From the NCBI GenBank assembly GCA_951406725.2, contig OX597825.1, forward strand, positions 39,122,001 through 39,186,000: 64,000 bases of DNA. Direction: 5' to 3'. Positions 1 to 13,491 of this stretch are shown here, one piece after another; within the stretch, counting starts at the first letter, position 1; the number at the start of each line of letters is the position of its first letter. This DNA comes from Octopus vulgaris (Eukaryota). The position numbers were made by a program, and so were the translations under genes. The notes under the pieces are model-generated. The model saw only the letters and a program-made list of their open reading frames with translations. It made no database searches and had not been told where the DNA came from.

Positions 1-2013
1 AAGATATGGAACTTCATACCATGTTTCACGTTAAATTTAAGTTTCAATGATGAAAAATAACGTATAAGGGTACCTATATACCATCATTCCGAAACGTCCC
101 TGTAATTAATTAGAAATCGATAAGAAACCTATATTAACAATTCTGATGACGTGATATGGAGTGTAATTAATCTACAGGAAAAATAAAATTGCGTCCCATT
201 TTGCCTTCTAACAACGGCTTCACTCCATAAATTCTACATATGTATGGAAGAAATTCTAATTCATTTTGAATGACTTCGAAATGCGCTACACTCAATATTC
301 TCTTTCAATACATAACCATAAATGTTTAAGCAAGTATATTTTATTCTGCTGTGCCTAATGTCATGATTGAAATACTAAGAGATCTCAAGTGAATATCTCT
401 TACCGCATTACATCTCACTGTCTCAGTGTTGCTCAGTCTGCTATGACGATTCAATATAATGTAAAAATACGGAGTTACATTCTAGACAAAAAGCACAAGC
501 CAGTCTCTGATGTTGATTAAGTCTAATCGAGCAGCATATTAGCTCAGATCGTCTAGCAGAGCACATGCTAGATCTTTGAAAGTAATCAATATAGGAGTAT
601 GCTCTCGAAATTTATGTATTTTCTATTACCAAGGATATCTTTTTAAATTGGTTTGCATTTCTATGAAGCTGACCTGCCACGCAAAGGAGTATTTTCCAGG
701 AACAAAACTTTGCAGAAGTATTTCATTTTGCACATTCGATGGACAAATATATTTTATCTTGTTTTCAATCGGATCTAATGTGCTTGCGCTTTATAATTCC
801 TCTTCCTTGTAGCGGAAAAGACTCACAAATATCTGTGAAATGTACAGATTACAATATATTGAACGATGCACGTAAGAAATTTAAACTGCTTGGTAATAGA
901 TTAATTTATTTTTATTTAATCCACGAGAGAAAAAAACATCTATCAAAGCAACTGTCAGTGGCATGATAATAAATCTTTTAAATATTAGTTTCGAGGAAAT
1001 TGCAAAAATTAGGAGGTATGGCAGTTATTTTATTGTTTATTTTTCTGTGAACTTAAGTTTCAAATATTAGTGTCCTAGAAAGAGATTATGTAATAATATA
1101 TCTGATGTTGTCTAAAGCTGAAATTTCATTTGCTTAACATCGTTATATACTAATTAATATTATTTTATACTAAATTAGATACTGAAAATAGTACGGGTTG
1201 TTTTGTTTATCTAATCTAACATCTGTATTCTGATACCATATAGTATTCTGATACCATATAGTTTTCAGATAACGTGAGTGTTTAATGGGGAGAGACAACG
1301 TTTCAGATATATTCCGGCAAGATAAAAGCTATTTCTGATACACTATCGAATAAAAGCTCTCACTATCTCTTACGATGGTATCTTTCCTAGGGACTGTAAG
1401 TAATCTTGACAGAGAATACATAAACTGTATCTTTCACGGAAAAATCATGCATTATGACTTATTCCATACACAAGTTGCTAAGCTATTGCTCTATTCATCT
1501 AGCCCATCGTAGGTATTCTTAAGTAATTCAACTCTGTAAACGGTGGCAATAGCGATTGTACATGAGATTTCCTTGGAATTATTTGAACTTGTGATGCAGA
1601 AAAAATCTATTTTTCACGATAATATCAACAAGGGAACAATTACATTTTAGGTACGTTTACATACATTGCTTAATATGAATATTTAGCGGATTTAAGTAAC
1701 ATAAAATAATTTAAGGAATCTAGCCATGAAACTATGAATGTCAAATTCATTTACATACGCATATGTATCTTCGTATATTTTTCCATGCATTCAGCAAATA
1801 ATTAAGCACATCGGCATTACAGTTTTCTAATTTCTTTGAAATCCTTCTAAGTGGCATGTAAAAGTCATGTACTAAGCCTATTTCCCATACGTCAGTGCTT
1901 CTTGTCTGCAAAATATTCCTGTATTTGCATTGATCCCTCTCAGGTTGCGTCTGTGTTGTTTTATATAAAGATATGTTTATATATATATATATATATAAAT
2001 ATACGTGTGTGTA

Positions 2014-2060
<47 letters not shown>

Positions 2061-2472
2061 GTATATAATGAAGGAATACATGGTATAGTTGTCCACTTTA
2101 TACAGATCAACCATGGGGTTTCAGGAAAATAAAATTAAGGAGAGAAGCAATTTCAGAGGTCGATACATATATTCATTCAATCCATTTCAAATTATCGAAA
2201 TTCTCCGCAATATACAATATGCATAGATGTGAGGTATGATTACAATTTATAAGTATATATAAACATATATAAACATATGAAGATTTATAAATATATAAAA
2301 ATTCATAAATATATAAAAAAATTATAAACATATAAAAATTATAAATATATAAACACAAATATAAATACATAGATGTATTTGCGAGGTCCCAATATTTGTA
2401 TTAGAATCAATTAGGAGGGTAGATAACAAAGCTAGTATAAGATGATTAATAAAGAATCCTGAATAGTTACAA

Positions 2473-2585
2473 AATCTTACGTCCGTTTCAAGAAGATATA
2501 GGTTGGTATGGGTCGTTAACTCCGACTATGGCTAGAGTTAACTCACCCATGCCAACCTATATCTTCTTGAAACAGCCGTAAGATT
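2473..2585. repeat. Inverted repeat (~50-bp arms) ending in hammerhead 3'-half motifs
   Basis: aatcttacgtccgtttcaagaagatataggttggtatggg is near-complementary to cccatgccaacctatatcttcttgaaacagccgtaagatt; the arm end GAAACAGCCGTAAGA resembles GAAACAGCTGTAAGA at 26252. Confidence 0.8.
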
Positions 2586-2829
2586 ATATATACTTATATA
2601 TACTTCTCTTATGATAGTTAAGAGATTCAAAGTGTTGTTAAAATTTTAAGAGATATAAGAGGTTTGAGAATTAAAAAAAAACGAATATTTAGTCGAACCA
2701 TGCTCTTCATGCGGATGATATAATTAAAATTGAATTCTTTATTTGGCACTAGGCATGAAACACAGAGGGGCCGGTACAAGGACAGACAGAGAGAGTACAC
2801 GTGGGGAAAAGAAGAACGGCAGAAGATAT

Positions 2830-2837
2830 ATAATAAT

Positions 2838-2896
<59 letters not shown>

Positions 2897-2925
2897 TAAC
2901 AATAATAGTAATAATAATAATAATG

Positions 2926-2977
<52 letters not shown>
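2830..2977. repeat. (AAT)n microsatellite
   Basis: Direct inspection. Confidence 0.95.
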
Positions 2978-3047
2978 GGAAGACACCGGGGACGTTTAAG
3001 ATGTAAGAAGGAGGAAGACACCGGGGACGTTTAAGATGTAAGAAGGA
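2977..3047. repeat. 35-bp tandem duplication
   Basis: aggaagacaccggggacgtttaagatgtaagaagg occurs twice in tandem. Confidence 0.9.
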
Positions 3048-3276
3048 AAATACAGAGCTCCGAAATCTATCCACAAACATCGAAAACAAGGACACCCTAT
3101 GGAGCCAAAGATGTACTAACAAAGAATTGGACTATATCCGAGTAAGTAATACGAATTGAAATTTATTACTATTTTCGAAACGAAATGATGTATTTTGACT
3201 CGATATTATCTCCACCTCTAACACAACACATGTAAACATGCGTGGAACAACACGATCATCCCCGACAATAATAATA

Positions 3277-3833
3277 AATGCCCTGATGCAGTAGCAGGCA
3301 GTGGCTCTCGTGGCTTCTGATCTTAACTGATTAGATGTGTTATCATGTACGTTGTTTTGTATTGGTATAAATGATGGGCTACAGCAAACTTTCTGCCCAA
3401 TAACGCAAATATGCTTTTCAGTTGTTTGGTCTTAAACAGTTGACCATGTCCCTTAGTGGCTGACGATATGTGCATCTCTGATCACAAGCAGAAGCAGTGG
3501 GGGAGCATCATAGCCATGTGTTGAGAGGGATTCTTTGGGGTTTGAATGATTCACCTCTTGTAACATGTGTGTTTTGTTTAACATCCTTAAACCACCCTTA
3601 TTCGGGGAACTTTTGAGCGAGATGTGTTACTCGACCAGAAGAAAATTCTAACTGGGCCCCACCTGCAATGTCATGTGTTGTTTATCTTGATATGAGATCA
3701 CGATTTCGCGCACATATGGTTGTGATGCATGTGCCTAGTGTACCCTTATCAGATGGGTAGTCATGATGGGTATACTGGGCTTCGTATATTTTACCCCAGT
3801 GTAACTTTGATGGCATGCGCTGCTCTCTCACTC
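3277..3833 (+). mobile_element. Non-coding ~560-bp interspersed element inserted in (AAT)n (putative non-autonomous retroelement)
   Basis: Higher-GC block flanked by aataataata on the left and ending ...ctctctcactc followed by (aat)n; no ORF. Confidence 0.55.
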
Positions 3834-3859
3834 AATAATAATAACAATAATATTAATGA

Positions 3860-4210
3860 TGAATTTGCTGAAAAAAAAAACATATGTCAATGGAGGACTA
3901 AATAAACAAACAGTATTAGATTAGAGACTAAGAAAATAGCTATGATAAAATATTCCGACGTCTAAGAAATGGTAAAATTTGTGAAATATCACGTCGTAGC
4001 CAAGTATCTGAAGCAAGTGTGGAAGACAATAACAATTATTCCTGATATTATTGGCGTACTCTGTAAAGCCAAAAATACTATCTAAGAACCTGAGAGACTG
4101 GAATTAAGATTTGCATTGCCGACTTGCAGAAAAATACCATCCTACCTCTACTAGTATACTAACAAATTGTATTGGCATATGTGGAGACTTGTCACCAAGA
4201 CTTAAAATAA
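3860..4210 (+). pseudogene. Degraded 3' end (REL endonuclease) of an R4/Dong-like element
   Basis: Conceptual peptides IKYSDV, WKTITIIPDIIGVL and DLQKNTIL resemble KYKDL, WNLKTETIPIIVGALG and NIQKIALL in the elements at 9-11 kb. Confidence 0.45.
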
Positions 4211-4285
4211 GATCCATACTAATTAAATTAGCATTTAAAAATTTAACAAAAAGTGCGTGTTGCTCTTGTATTTATATTGTTTACC

Positions 4286-4517
4286 TATTTTTTTTATTAC
4301 CCACAAGGGGCTAAACATAGAAGGGACTAACAAGGACAGACAAAGGTATTAAGTCGATGTAATCGACCCCAGTGCGTAACTGGTACTTATTTAATCGATC
4401 CCGAAAGGATGAAAGGCAAAGTCGACCTCGGCGGAATTTGAACTCAGAACGTAGCGGCAGACTTAATACCGCTAACCATTTCGCCCGGCGTGCTAACATT
4501 TCTGCCAGCTCGCCACC
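4286..4517 (-). mobile_element. tRNA-derived SINE (family A)
   Basis: Minus strand: ggcgagctggcagaa head, B-box-like gagttcaaattcc, core gcctttcatcctttcgggatcgattaaataagtaccag; related copies at 18490 and 51103. Confidence 0.8.
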
Positions 4518-5509
4518 CTATTTCTGTTGTATACCATTAGCTACATAATCTTAGAATAGAAAATGTACTGTCGTATAAAATAACCGTGAATATAAATTTG
4601 AAAGAAAATCTTATCCTCAGTTTAACTTCAGGAAAATATCAAAATATATGGACACATATTAGTAAATAAGGGCATGAGTTTAGATAATAAATCTAGAGGT
4701 ATTTTCAATATGTTATATACATGTTTTGTTTTTTTTTGATGTTTGTGCAGCCTGTTCCTACAAAAGAAATACCAGAAGTTACCATCAACATAGTGACCTA
4801 ACTCACTAATTTGTGCATGACTTTCAGTGTCCGAAACTTGTGAAAGAGACATGGATCACTATATCACAAACGCTCATTAGGCTTTCGGAAGACTCCGCAA
4901 ATGCGTATTCTAAAACCATGACTTCTCTTTCCAAATAATACACTTGCTGTTCCAAGATTTTGTCAGCTCCACTTTCCTCAACGAATCCTGACACGAACAG
5001 CGAACTCTTCAATCGATTAAAAATGTCGAGGAATGTGGCTGCCAACCTCAAGCATCACCGCATGTTGCCAGAATGTCCTCTGAATGGCCACTTCAAGTCT
5101 TACTCGGACCATCCTCTGCAACAAGTACCTCTACGGCAAATGACATCGAGGAGCCTTCGATTGTGGTTGTTTCACATTCGAGGAGATGAGGAAGACTGGA
5201 GATATAAAAAGAAAGCAACACATGGCCCGAAAACTCCAGCCACGACCACTAACCGCCCTGTTATGTGATCGATAAAATCCGATACCTTGAAATCAGTGTC
5301 AGATTTAAGCCTTATGGAGGCACGGATGAACCAGACTTCAACACAAGTGGTGTCGCAGCTGCGGACAAGTACGATGACGTATAATAGCGGTAGCAGCTGG
5401 AAACTCTGCAGTAACAATTCAAAAGAAAATGCTATAAGTTCAATCCATTCATATTCTACACCAAGAATTTTTGAGAGGTTGGGGAGGTTTCAATTCTGAG
5501 GAAAACATG

Positions 5510-5960
5510 ATCCTCAAGTGCAAGCAACAGTTAAGTGACTATTATCAAACGACCTCGTCCCTAGTTTGTCGCTATGTCTTCTGCCGCTTGGCTTGAGTAG
5601 AAAAATCCGTCTGGCGATTCTTTCTTTTGACATTTTATTCACATCAGCAGAGTATCTGATGTATAAATTCTCTATGCGGATAAGTAAAGGTTCGAACTGG
5701 AGAGACTCTCCGATCTCTGAGCTACTCATCCTATCAAGTACCGTTGTTTCAGAGATCATTTGTCGGAATCTCATTTAGGCCACTGGTATTTGCGGTCATG
5801 CTTTTTCCGGCATTACAAAATATTCGTCCTCATAGGTGTTGATAAATACGAAAGCCGATCGAATGTAGCAAATTTGGCCTGTTTTAGCAACTTCTATTCT
5901 GAGTATCATGTCTCAGAACATGATAGGCCTTCCTTGAGCCTAAGCCTTAGGTGAAAAGCT
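5510..5960 (-). pseudogene. RTE-like LINE C-terminal remnant
   Basis: ORF 5514-5774 TVLDRMSSSEIGESLQFEPLLIRIE...MSKERIARRIFLLKPSGRR resembles the RTE ORF C-terminus (R...L.W.GHV.RM...G.R.RGRP). Confidence 0.55.
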
Positions 5961-7949
5961 CTCACTGCCACCTAGTGAGAATCCCTCTGAGAAAAAATGC
6001 GGCAGACGGGAGCTTGTGAATATCCCTAGTTTCACTTGTGCAGATATAGGTGGCACCATACCCGTTTCCATCCTATGAATATCAGAGTCTCAGGACCTTG
6101 TAGAATAGACAACGTCTATATCTACCCGTTGGCATTTTGCTTCCTCTAGTAGATATTGCTATTTACTTGGAAGGGTTGTGATATTCCAATTTCAAATTAT
6201 CAATTACTCTCTCTTCTTGATTCAGCTTCCGGGTTCAGGGACACACATTGTTTCTGCTTCACATCTCTTGGAACAACTTCTTGGCTTATTGCTGGTTGTG
6301 CTGACATTGGTCGCAGATTGTCATTTATTTTTCGAACGGAGACATTTGAGATCCGAAATCGACACTTATTCTGCATAACTGATGATTATATCAATTTACA
6401 ATGCGAGTAATTATAAATGTGGTCAAACTATCTCTTTCAGGTGTAGAGAACTAAGAAAATTATCATCAAATACAAAATATTACAAGATTACTATTGTGAT
6501 TATGTTGTCTTTCGGTGGCAACTGTTATTTCCTATTTGCTTACTCGTAGAAAGTATGAAAAATGACTAATATTTCCACCAATTTTAGCTTTTACATTTAT
6601 TCAATATTCAATGAATCCCTTTCAGCAATACCTGTGGTATTGAGGAGAATATTTGCAATAACGATATTGCTGCTTCAGCAACTCGGCGCCAAATTTGTCT
6701 GAAGGGTAATGGAACATAGGTACGTTTTAAAACATTAATGTCCAGGTCACAACAGAAAATTTTGAAAGGAAAAGTAGTCATTTTCTTTGATTTCTAGATA
6801 GAAGCAAATACGTAATAACACTGGCCAAGACAAAAATGAAAAAAAAAAATGCAATATTGTTACACAGATTTTAGTGTATTCTGCAACATATAGAAATAGA
6901 ACCAATTAACGCATGCCAGACGGTTTCTGAATGGTTAAGTTGTCTTAGGAAAGAACAATTTACTTTATTGTACTCATAAAAGAGCCACGATTACTGAAGA
7001 TAATTCATCGCTTACTTTTAAAGCGTTTTAATAAATGTTGGAAAGTAATGCATGCCAGGTATATTAACAAAAATAACTAAATTTATGGCCTGGAAGGATT
7101 TTCAGATTAATACACTCAATTTTGTAAACGCTGTAATTACCTCTAATGGAGTTTATATATTATTTAAATGATAAAGAAATACATATTTATCTATCATTTT
7201 TCCGTTCAAATTAAGAAAAGCAATTCTGCAAACTACAATAGATAATAAGAAGAACAATCATCTCTAAGGCTGTTGCTACAAGATATAGATAGCAGAATAC
7301 ACAGTTGTGGTAGTAAATATTCAGTAAATCACTTAAAACACAAACGAATATATCTCTCTATCTGCCGGTGTGCTTTTCTTTATATCCATTTATCTGGATA
7401 TTTATCTATCTAAATATTTTCCTATTTTCCGGTCTGTCTGCCTATGTATATGTTTATTTGTGTGAATACTCATTCATACACTCGCGTGCATAAATATGTA
7501 TGCATGCATATATGTATGTAATCAAGTATATATGTATGGATGGATGAATGGATGCATGCATGCATGTATACAGGTAAGCATGTAGCTATTTATGCAAACA
7601 AGATTACAGTTACATAACAAACATATAATTAGGGATATATATTTTAATCTCATCCTTTAGGTATCGAAATGAATTTTGATAATTTCCTAATGCGGAATAA
7701 ATTAAAGAATAATTGATATCGGATTTCATTTCCATTGTATCAAATGTAAGTTTAATATGATTTGTATAAAATAGTTAGTATTCACAAAGGCTGATTCTAC
7801 GAAATGTCTTATAAACTTATAAATATTAAACTACATCTGGTCAGGCTTCAAACGTGTTGTCTACAGTGGCATAACTTTTTTATGATGAATAATTTGCAAT
7901 GTTTTTCGTTTTAAAATGTTTTTGTTTCTCAAAATAATAATAATAATCA

Positions 7950-8370
7950 GGCGCAGCAGTGGATGCGTGGTAAGTAGCTTGTTTACCAACCCCATGGTTC
8001 CAGATTCAGTCCCATTGCGTGGCAACTTGGGCAAGTATTTTCTACTATAGCCTCGGGCCGACCAAAGCCTTGTGAGCGGATTTGGTAGACGGAAACTGAA
8101 AGAAGCCCGTGGTGTATAAATATATATATATGTGTGTGTGTGTATGTATGTGTGTGTGTGTGTGTGTTTGTATTTGTGCCTGTTCATACCCCGGCCATCG
8201 CTTGAGAATCGATTCTGGTGTATTTACGTCCCCGTAACATAGCGGTTCGGCAAGACACCAATAGAATGAGTACTAGGCTTACAAAAAATAAGTCCTGGGG
8301 TCGATGTGATCGTGTACAGGCGGTGCTCCAGCATGGCCGTAGTCAAATGACTGGAAAAAGTAAAAGAATA
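7950..8370 (+). mobile_element. tRNA-derived SINE (family B) with internal (TA)/(TG) tract
   Basis: ggcgcag...gtggtaag head, ttgggcaagt, tail ggcggtgctccagcatggccgtagtcaaatgactg; tail repeated at 54.4, 54.5, 57.9 and 59.5 kb. Confidence 0.85.
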
Positions 8371-8371
8371 A

Positions 8372-8410
8372 AATAATAATAATATAATAATAATAATAAT
8401 AATAATAATG

Positions 8411-8475
<65 letters not shown>
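8372..8475. repeat. (AAT)n microsatellite
   Basis: Direct inspection. Confidence 0.95.
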
Positions 8476-8476
<1 letters not shown>

Positions 8477-8769
8477 GTAAGAAGAAGAAAAAGAAGGAGA
8501 ACAACAACAACAAAAAGAGGTACGTATGAAGGAATAAATGAATGAATTTGCCGAAGGTCATGGAATCTTTATCTTCCTGCGATCGTCGCCTTTATTATGT
8601 GTCTTCATCACTGTCTTTATATATCTGTTGTTTCGTTCCAATTACAGTTCCGATTTTAAAATTTTCACCTACATGTGCATATATGTATATATATATATAT
8701 TATCATAGTGATTTGCGAAGCCTCTAATCTAATACTGTTCGTTTCTTTGGTCCTTCATTTGCATATATC

Positions 8770-8899
<130 letters not shown>

Positions 8900-8993
8900 T
8901 AGTTTTATTTTTATAGTGTGCTTTCACTTCACTACCGAGCGCAGCTCTGTGTGCCTTGGGTATGTGTTGTGATTTGTTGTGATGCTCTGATGG

Positions 8994-9809
8994 TTACTGT
9001 ATGGAAAGTGTTCTGCGTAAGATATGTGTAGTGCCTATTAGTGCAATTTTCTGTATGTTATATGTGTTTGTAAGTCCTGGTGTTTTTGTTATGTATTTGT
9101 CTGAATATTTTTTTATCATGCCTAATGCACCTACTATGATAGGAATTGTTTCTGTTTTCAGATTCCACATTCTAGTTACCTCTATTTCCAGGTATTTGTA
9201 TTTTGAGAGTTTCTCCATTTCTTTTAGAGACACATTGTCATCTGCCGGTATCGATACATCAATTAGAAAGCATTTTTTTTCTTCATAATCTCTGACAACT
9301 ATATCTGGCCTGTTTGCCTTAATTTCTTTATCTGTGTGTATCGGCATATCCCAGAGTATGGTTGCTTTCTCGTTTTCTGTGACCTTTTCTGGTCTGTGCC
9401 TATACCATTTTTTTTCTGTTGTTATTCCATAATGTTGACATAGCTTCCAATGTATGTAGGTTCCAACTCTGTCATGTCTGTGACTATATTCCTTCTTCGC
9501 CAGGACTGGGCAGCTAGAGATAATATGATTTATTGTTTCTTGTCCATCTCCACATATTCTGCAGTTACTTGTTATATTTCTTTTCATTACACGTTTTTGG
9601 TAATTTCTGGTGGGGAGGCGTTGGTCTTGTGCTGCAATTAAAAATCCCTCTGTTTCTGCTTTGAGTCCTGAGCTTCTCAACCATTGCTGGGATTTTTCTT
9701 TGTCTATTTCTTTTGCGTTTAGTTTGGTCCAGTATTTACCATGAAGGGGCTTTTCTTGCCATCGTTTTATCATGGTTCGTTGCTGTTCTATTTTTAGTTT
9801 GGATTTCAT
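8994..9809 (-). pseudogene. CCHC zinc knuckle + restriction-like endonuclease region of copy 1
   Basis: 271-aa ORF with CX2CX8HX4C, RHD and PD...D motifs; no RT start upstream. Confidence 0.9.
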
Positions 9810-9839
9810 TTGATTTATAGCTTTTGTTGTTTCTTCATA

Positions 9840-9971
9840 TTCTTCTTCTTCTTCTTCTTCTTCTTCTTCTTCTTCTTCTTCTTCTTCTTCTTCTTCTTCT
9901 TCTTCTTCTTCTTCTTCTTCTTCTTCTTCTTCTTCTTCTTCTTCTTCTTCTTCTTCTTCTTCTTCTTCTTC
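9840..9971. repeat. (TTC)n expansion inside the retrotransposon ORF
   Basis: ~44 units; the paralogous site in copy 2 (~11580-11601) has only a few units. Confidence 0.95.
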
Positions 9972-10537
9972 ATATTTATTATGTGGTATGATTTCTTGTT
10001 TGTATTTGTCAGCTTCCTTAAATACCGAGAACAGTTTTTTTGTTTTGCTCGTGTTTTGCCGCTATTTGTATCAGTTTTCCTTCCTTCTGAAGTAGATATT
10101 TTTGCAGTCCTATGGTGGTTATTTTATAGTAGTTTTCCAGTTGTATAAGGCCTCTACCACCTTCTATACGTTTTATATACAGTCTTTCTATGTCAGATTT
10201 TGGGTGATGCATCCTAGATCCTGTCATTATTTTTCTTGTTTTCCTATCTATTTTGGTCAATTCATTTCGTGTCCGGTTAAGGATATTGTAGCTGTAACTT
10301 ATAACTGGGACAGCTAAAGTGTTAATACCTATTATCTTGTTTTTAGCATTGAGCTCTGTTTTTAGTATTGATCTAACTCGTCTATAATATTCTTTTTTTT
10401 TCTCTTTCATTTGTGTGTGTTGTGTCTTATCTAGTTCATGGATTCCTAAGTATTTGTAAGTTTGGCTTTGGTCTAATTCTTTTATTTCATTGGTTTTAAC
10501 TAGTGTGATGTTGCTACTCTTAACTAGTTTTCCTCTT

Positions 10538-10651
10538 TTCTTCTTTCTTCTTCTTCTTCTTCTTCTTCTTCTTCTTCTTCTTCTTCTTCTTCTTCTTCTT
10601 CTTCTTCTTTTTCTTCTTCTTCTTCTTCTTCTTATTATTATTATTATTATT
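10538..10651. repeat. Compound (TTC)n(TTA)n spacer between copies 1 and 2
   Basis: Direct inspection. Confidence 0.95.
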
Positions 10652-13256
10652 CAGTAGTTTTATTTTTATAGCGTGCTTTCACTTCACTACCGAGCGCAGC
10701 TCTGTGTGCCTTGGGTATGTGCTGTGATTTGTTGTGATGCTCTGATGGTTATTGTATGGAAAGTGTTCTGCGTAGGATGTGTGCAGTGCCTAGTAGTGCA
10801 ATTTTCTGTATGTTATATGTGTTTGTAAGTCCTGGTGTTTTTCTTATGTATTTGTCTGAATATTTTTTTATCATGCCTAATGCACCTACTATGATAGGAA
10901 TTGTTTCTGTTTTCAGGTTCCACATTCTAGTTACCTCTATTTCCAGGTCTTTGTATTTTGAGAATTTCTCCATTTCTTTTAGAGACACCTTGTCATCTGC
11001 CGGTATTGATACATCAATTAGAAAGCATTTTTTTTCTTCCTGATCTCTGACAACTATATCTGGTCAGTTGGCCTTAATTTCTCTATCTGTGTGTATCGGC
11101 ATATCCCAGAGTATGGTTGCTTTCACGTTTTCTGTGACCTTTTCTGGTGTGTGCCTATACCATCTTTTTTCTGTTGTTATTCCATAATGTTGGCATAGCT
11201 TCCAATGTATGTAGGTTCCAACTCCGTCATGTCTGTGAATATATTCCTTCTTAGCCAGGACTGGGCAGCTAGAGATAATATGATTTATTGTTTCTTGTCC
11301 ATCTCCACATATTCTGCAGTTACTTGTAATATTTCTTTTCATGACATGTTTTTGGTAATTTCTGCTGGGAAGGCTTTGGTCTTGTGCTGCAATTAAAAAT
11401 CCCTCTGTTTCTGCTTTGAGCTTCTCAACCATTACTGGGATTTTTCTTTGTCTATTTCTTTTGCGTTTAGTTTAGTGCAGTATTTACCATGAAGGGGCTT
11501 TTCTTGCCATCGTTTTATCATGGCTCGTTGCTGTTCTATTTTTAGTTTGATTTTCATTTGTTTTATAGCTTTTGTAGTTTCTTCATCATCTTCTTCTTCT
11601 ACTTTGTGTTTATTAGGTGGTATGATTTCTAGTTTGTATTTGTCAGCTTCCTTAAATACTGAGAACAGTTTTTTTGTTTTGCTCGTGTTTTGCTGCTATC
11701 TGGATCAGTTTTCCTTCCTTCTGAAGTAGATATTTTTGCAGTCCTATGGTGGTTATTTTATATTAGTTTTCCAGCTGTATAAGGCCTCTACCACCTTCTA
11801 TACGTTTTATATACAGTCTTTCTATGTCAGATTTTGGGTGATGCATCCTAGATCCTGTCAGTATTTTTCTTGTTTTCCTATCTATTTTGGACAGTTCATT
11901 TCGTGTCCAGTTAAGGATATTGTAGCTGTAACTTATAACTGGGACAGCTAAAGTGTTAATACCTATTATCTTGTTTTTAGCATTGAGCTCTGTTTTTAGT
12001 ATTGATCTAACTCGTCTATAATATTCTTTTTTATTTTCTCTTTCATTTGTGTGTGTTGTGTCTTATCTAGTTCATGGATTCCTAAGTATTTGTAAGTTTG
12101 GCTTTGGTCTAATTCTTTTATTTCATTGGTTTTATCTAGTGTGATGTTGTTACTCTTAACTAGTTTTCCTCTTTTCATGGTTACTTTGGCGCATTTTTCT
12201 AATCCAAATTTCATATCTATTTGTTTGGTAAATCCATGAACAGTCTTTAATAGTGTTTCCAGCTGTTTGTCATTTGCAGCGTATAGTTTTAGGTCATCCA
12301 TATATAAAAGGTGGCTGATCGTTTTGCCGTAACATTTATATCCGCATCCAGTTCTATTTAGCATATCAGATAGAGGTGACAGTGCCAAGCAGAAAAGGAG
12401 TGGAGAGAGCGTGTCTCCCTGGAATATTCCTCTTCTAATTGGGATGTCTTTGGTTTTCATGAGTCCCTCTTTTGTTTGGAGGTGTAGGACTGTTTGCCAT
12501 TTATTCATAGAGTGCTCTATGAATTTTATGATTGTTGGTGCTACTTTGTTAATGGCTAGTGTTTCGAGGATCCATGTGTGGGGATGCTATCAAACGCCTT
12601 TTTGTTGTCAATCCAGGCCATACTGAGGCCTTTCTTCTTTCTGTGGCTGTCTTCAGTTACGGCTTTATTAATCATTAGTTGATCTTTACAGCCATATGAG
12701 CCTTTGCGGCATCCTTTCTGCTCTTCTAGGAGCAGTTTGTTTTCGTCCAGGTGCTTGTTCAGCCTTTGCGATATCACTGCAGTGAATGCCTTGAACATAG
12801 TAGGGAGGCAGGTTATTGGTCTGTAGTTTTCTGGTTTTGTTGTTTCATTTGATTTGGGAATTAAGATGGTTTTCCCCTTCGTGAGCCATTCAGGCATTGT
12901 CTCTGGCTCTGCTAGTATGCTGTTAAAGTTTTCAGCCAGCTTTTTGTGCATTCCTGTTAGATATTTCAACCAGAAGTTGGGGATCTTGTTCTGCCCAGGT
13001 GCCTTCCAGTTGCTTAGTTTTTGCAGTGCCTGGGTGACCTCTTCAGTTGTTATGGGGGTCCAAAGTTGTTCAGATGCCGAGTTTGTTATTTTCATACTCC
13101 TTTTGTTTGGCTGTTCGTTCGCCGACCATATTTCTCTCCAGAATTCTTCCAATTCTTCTGCCGTTGGTGCTGCAGTGACTTCTATTTCATTTTTGCCCAG
13201 TTCTTGGTAGAACTTCTTGGGGTCGGAGTTGAACTTTTTGTTCTGTTCAAAGAAGC

Positions 13257-13257
<1 letters not shown>
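10652..13257 (-). mobile_element. R4/Dong-like non-LTR retrotransposon, copy 2 (same family as copy 1; 5'-truncated, frameshifts and stops)
   Basis: RT motifs KAPG..IPNFWLK, NYRPITCL, KKAFDS, GIFQGDTLSPLLF, YMDDLKLY; CCHC; REL; 3' UTR nearly identical to copy 1; (TTA)n on both sides. Confidence 0.95.
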
Positions 13258-13336
<79 letters not shown>

Positions 13337-13410
13337 GATCATTATTATCATTATTATTATTATTAATATTATCATTATTATTAGAGTTACGATTATTATT
13401 ATTATTATTA

Positions 13411-13466
<56 letters not shown>

Positions 13467-13491
13467 ATTGTTGTTGTTGTTGTTGTTGTTG
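13258..13491. repeat. (TTA)n-(TTG)n array
   Basis: Direct inspection. Confidence 0.95.

Noticed and set aside
2102-2162. Hammerhead-like string on the minus strand (CTGAAAT...GAAACCCCATGGTT)
   Set aside because: Core and stems too degenerate to distinguish from chance
4740-5460. GC-richer block with several short ORFs, possibly an old L1/Tx1 remnant
   Set aside because: No motif could be matched with confidence
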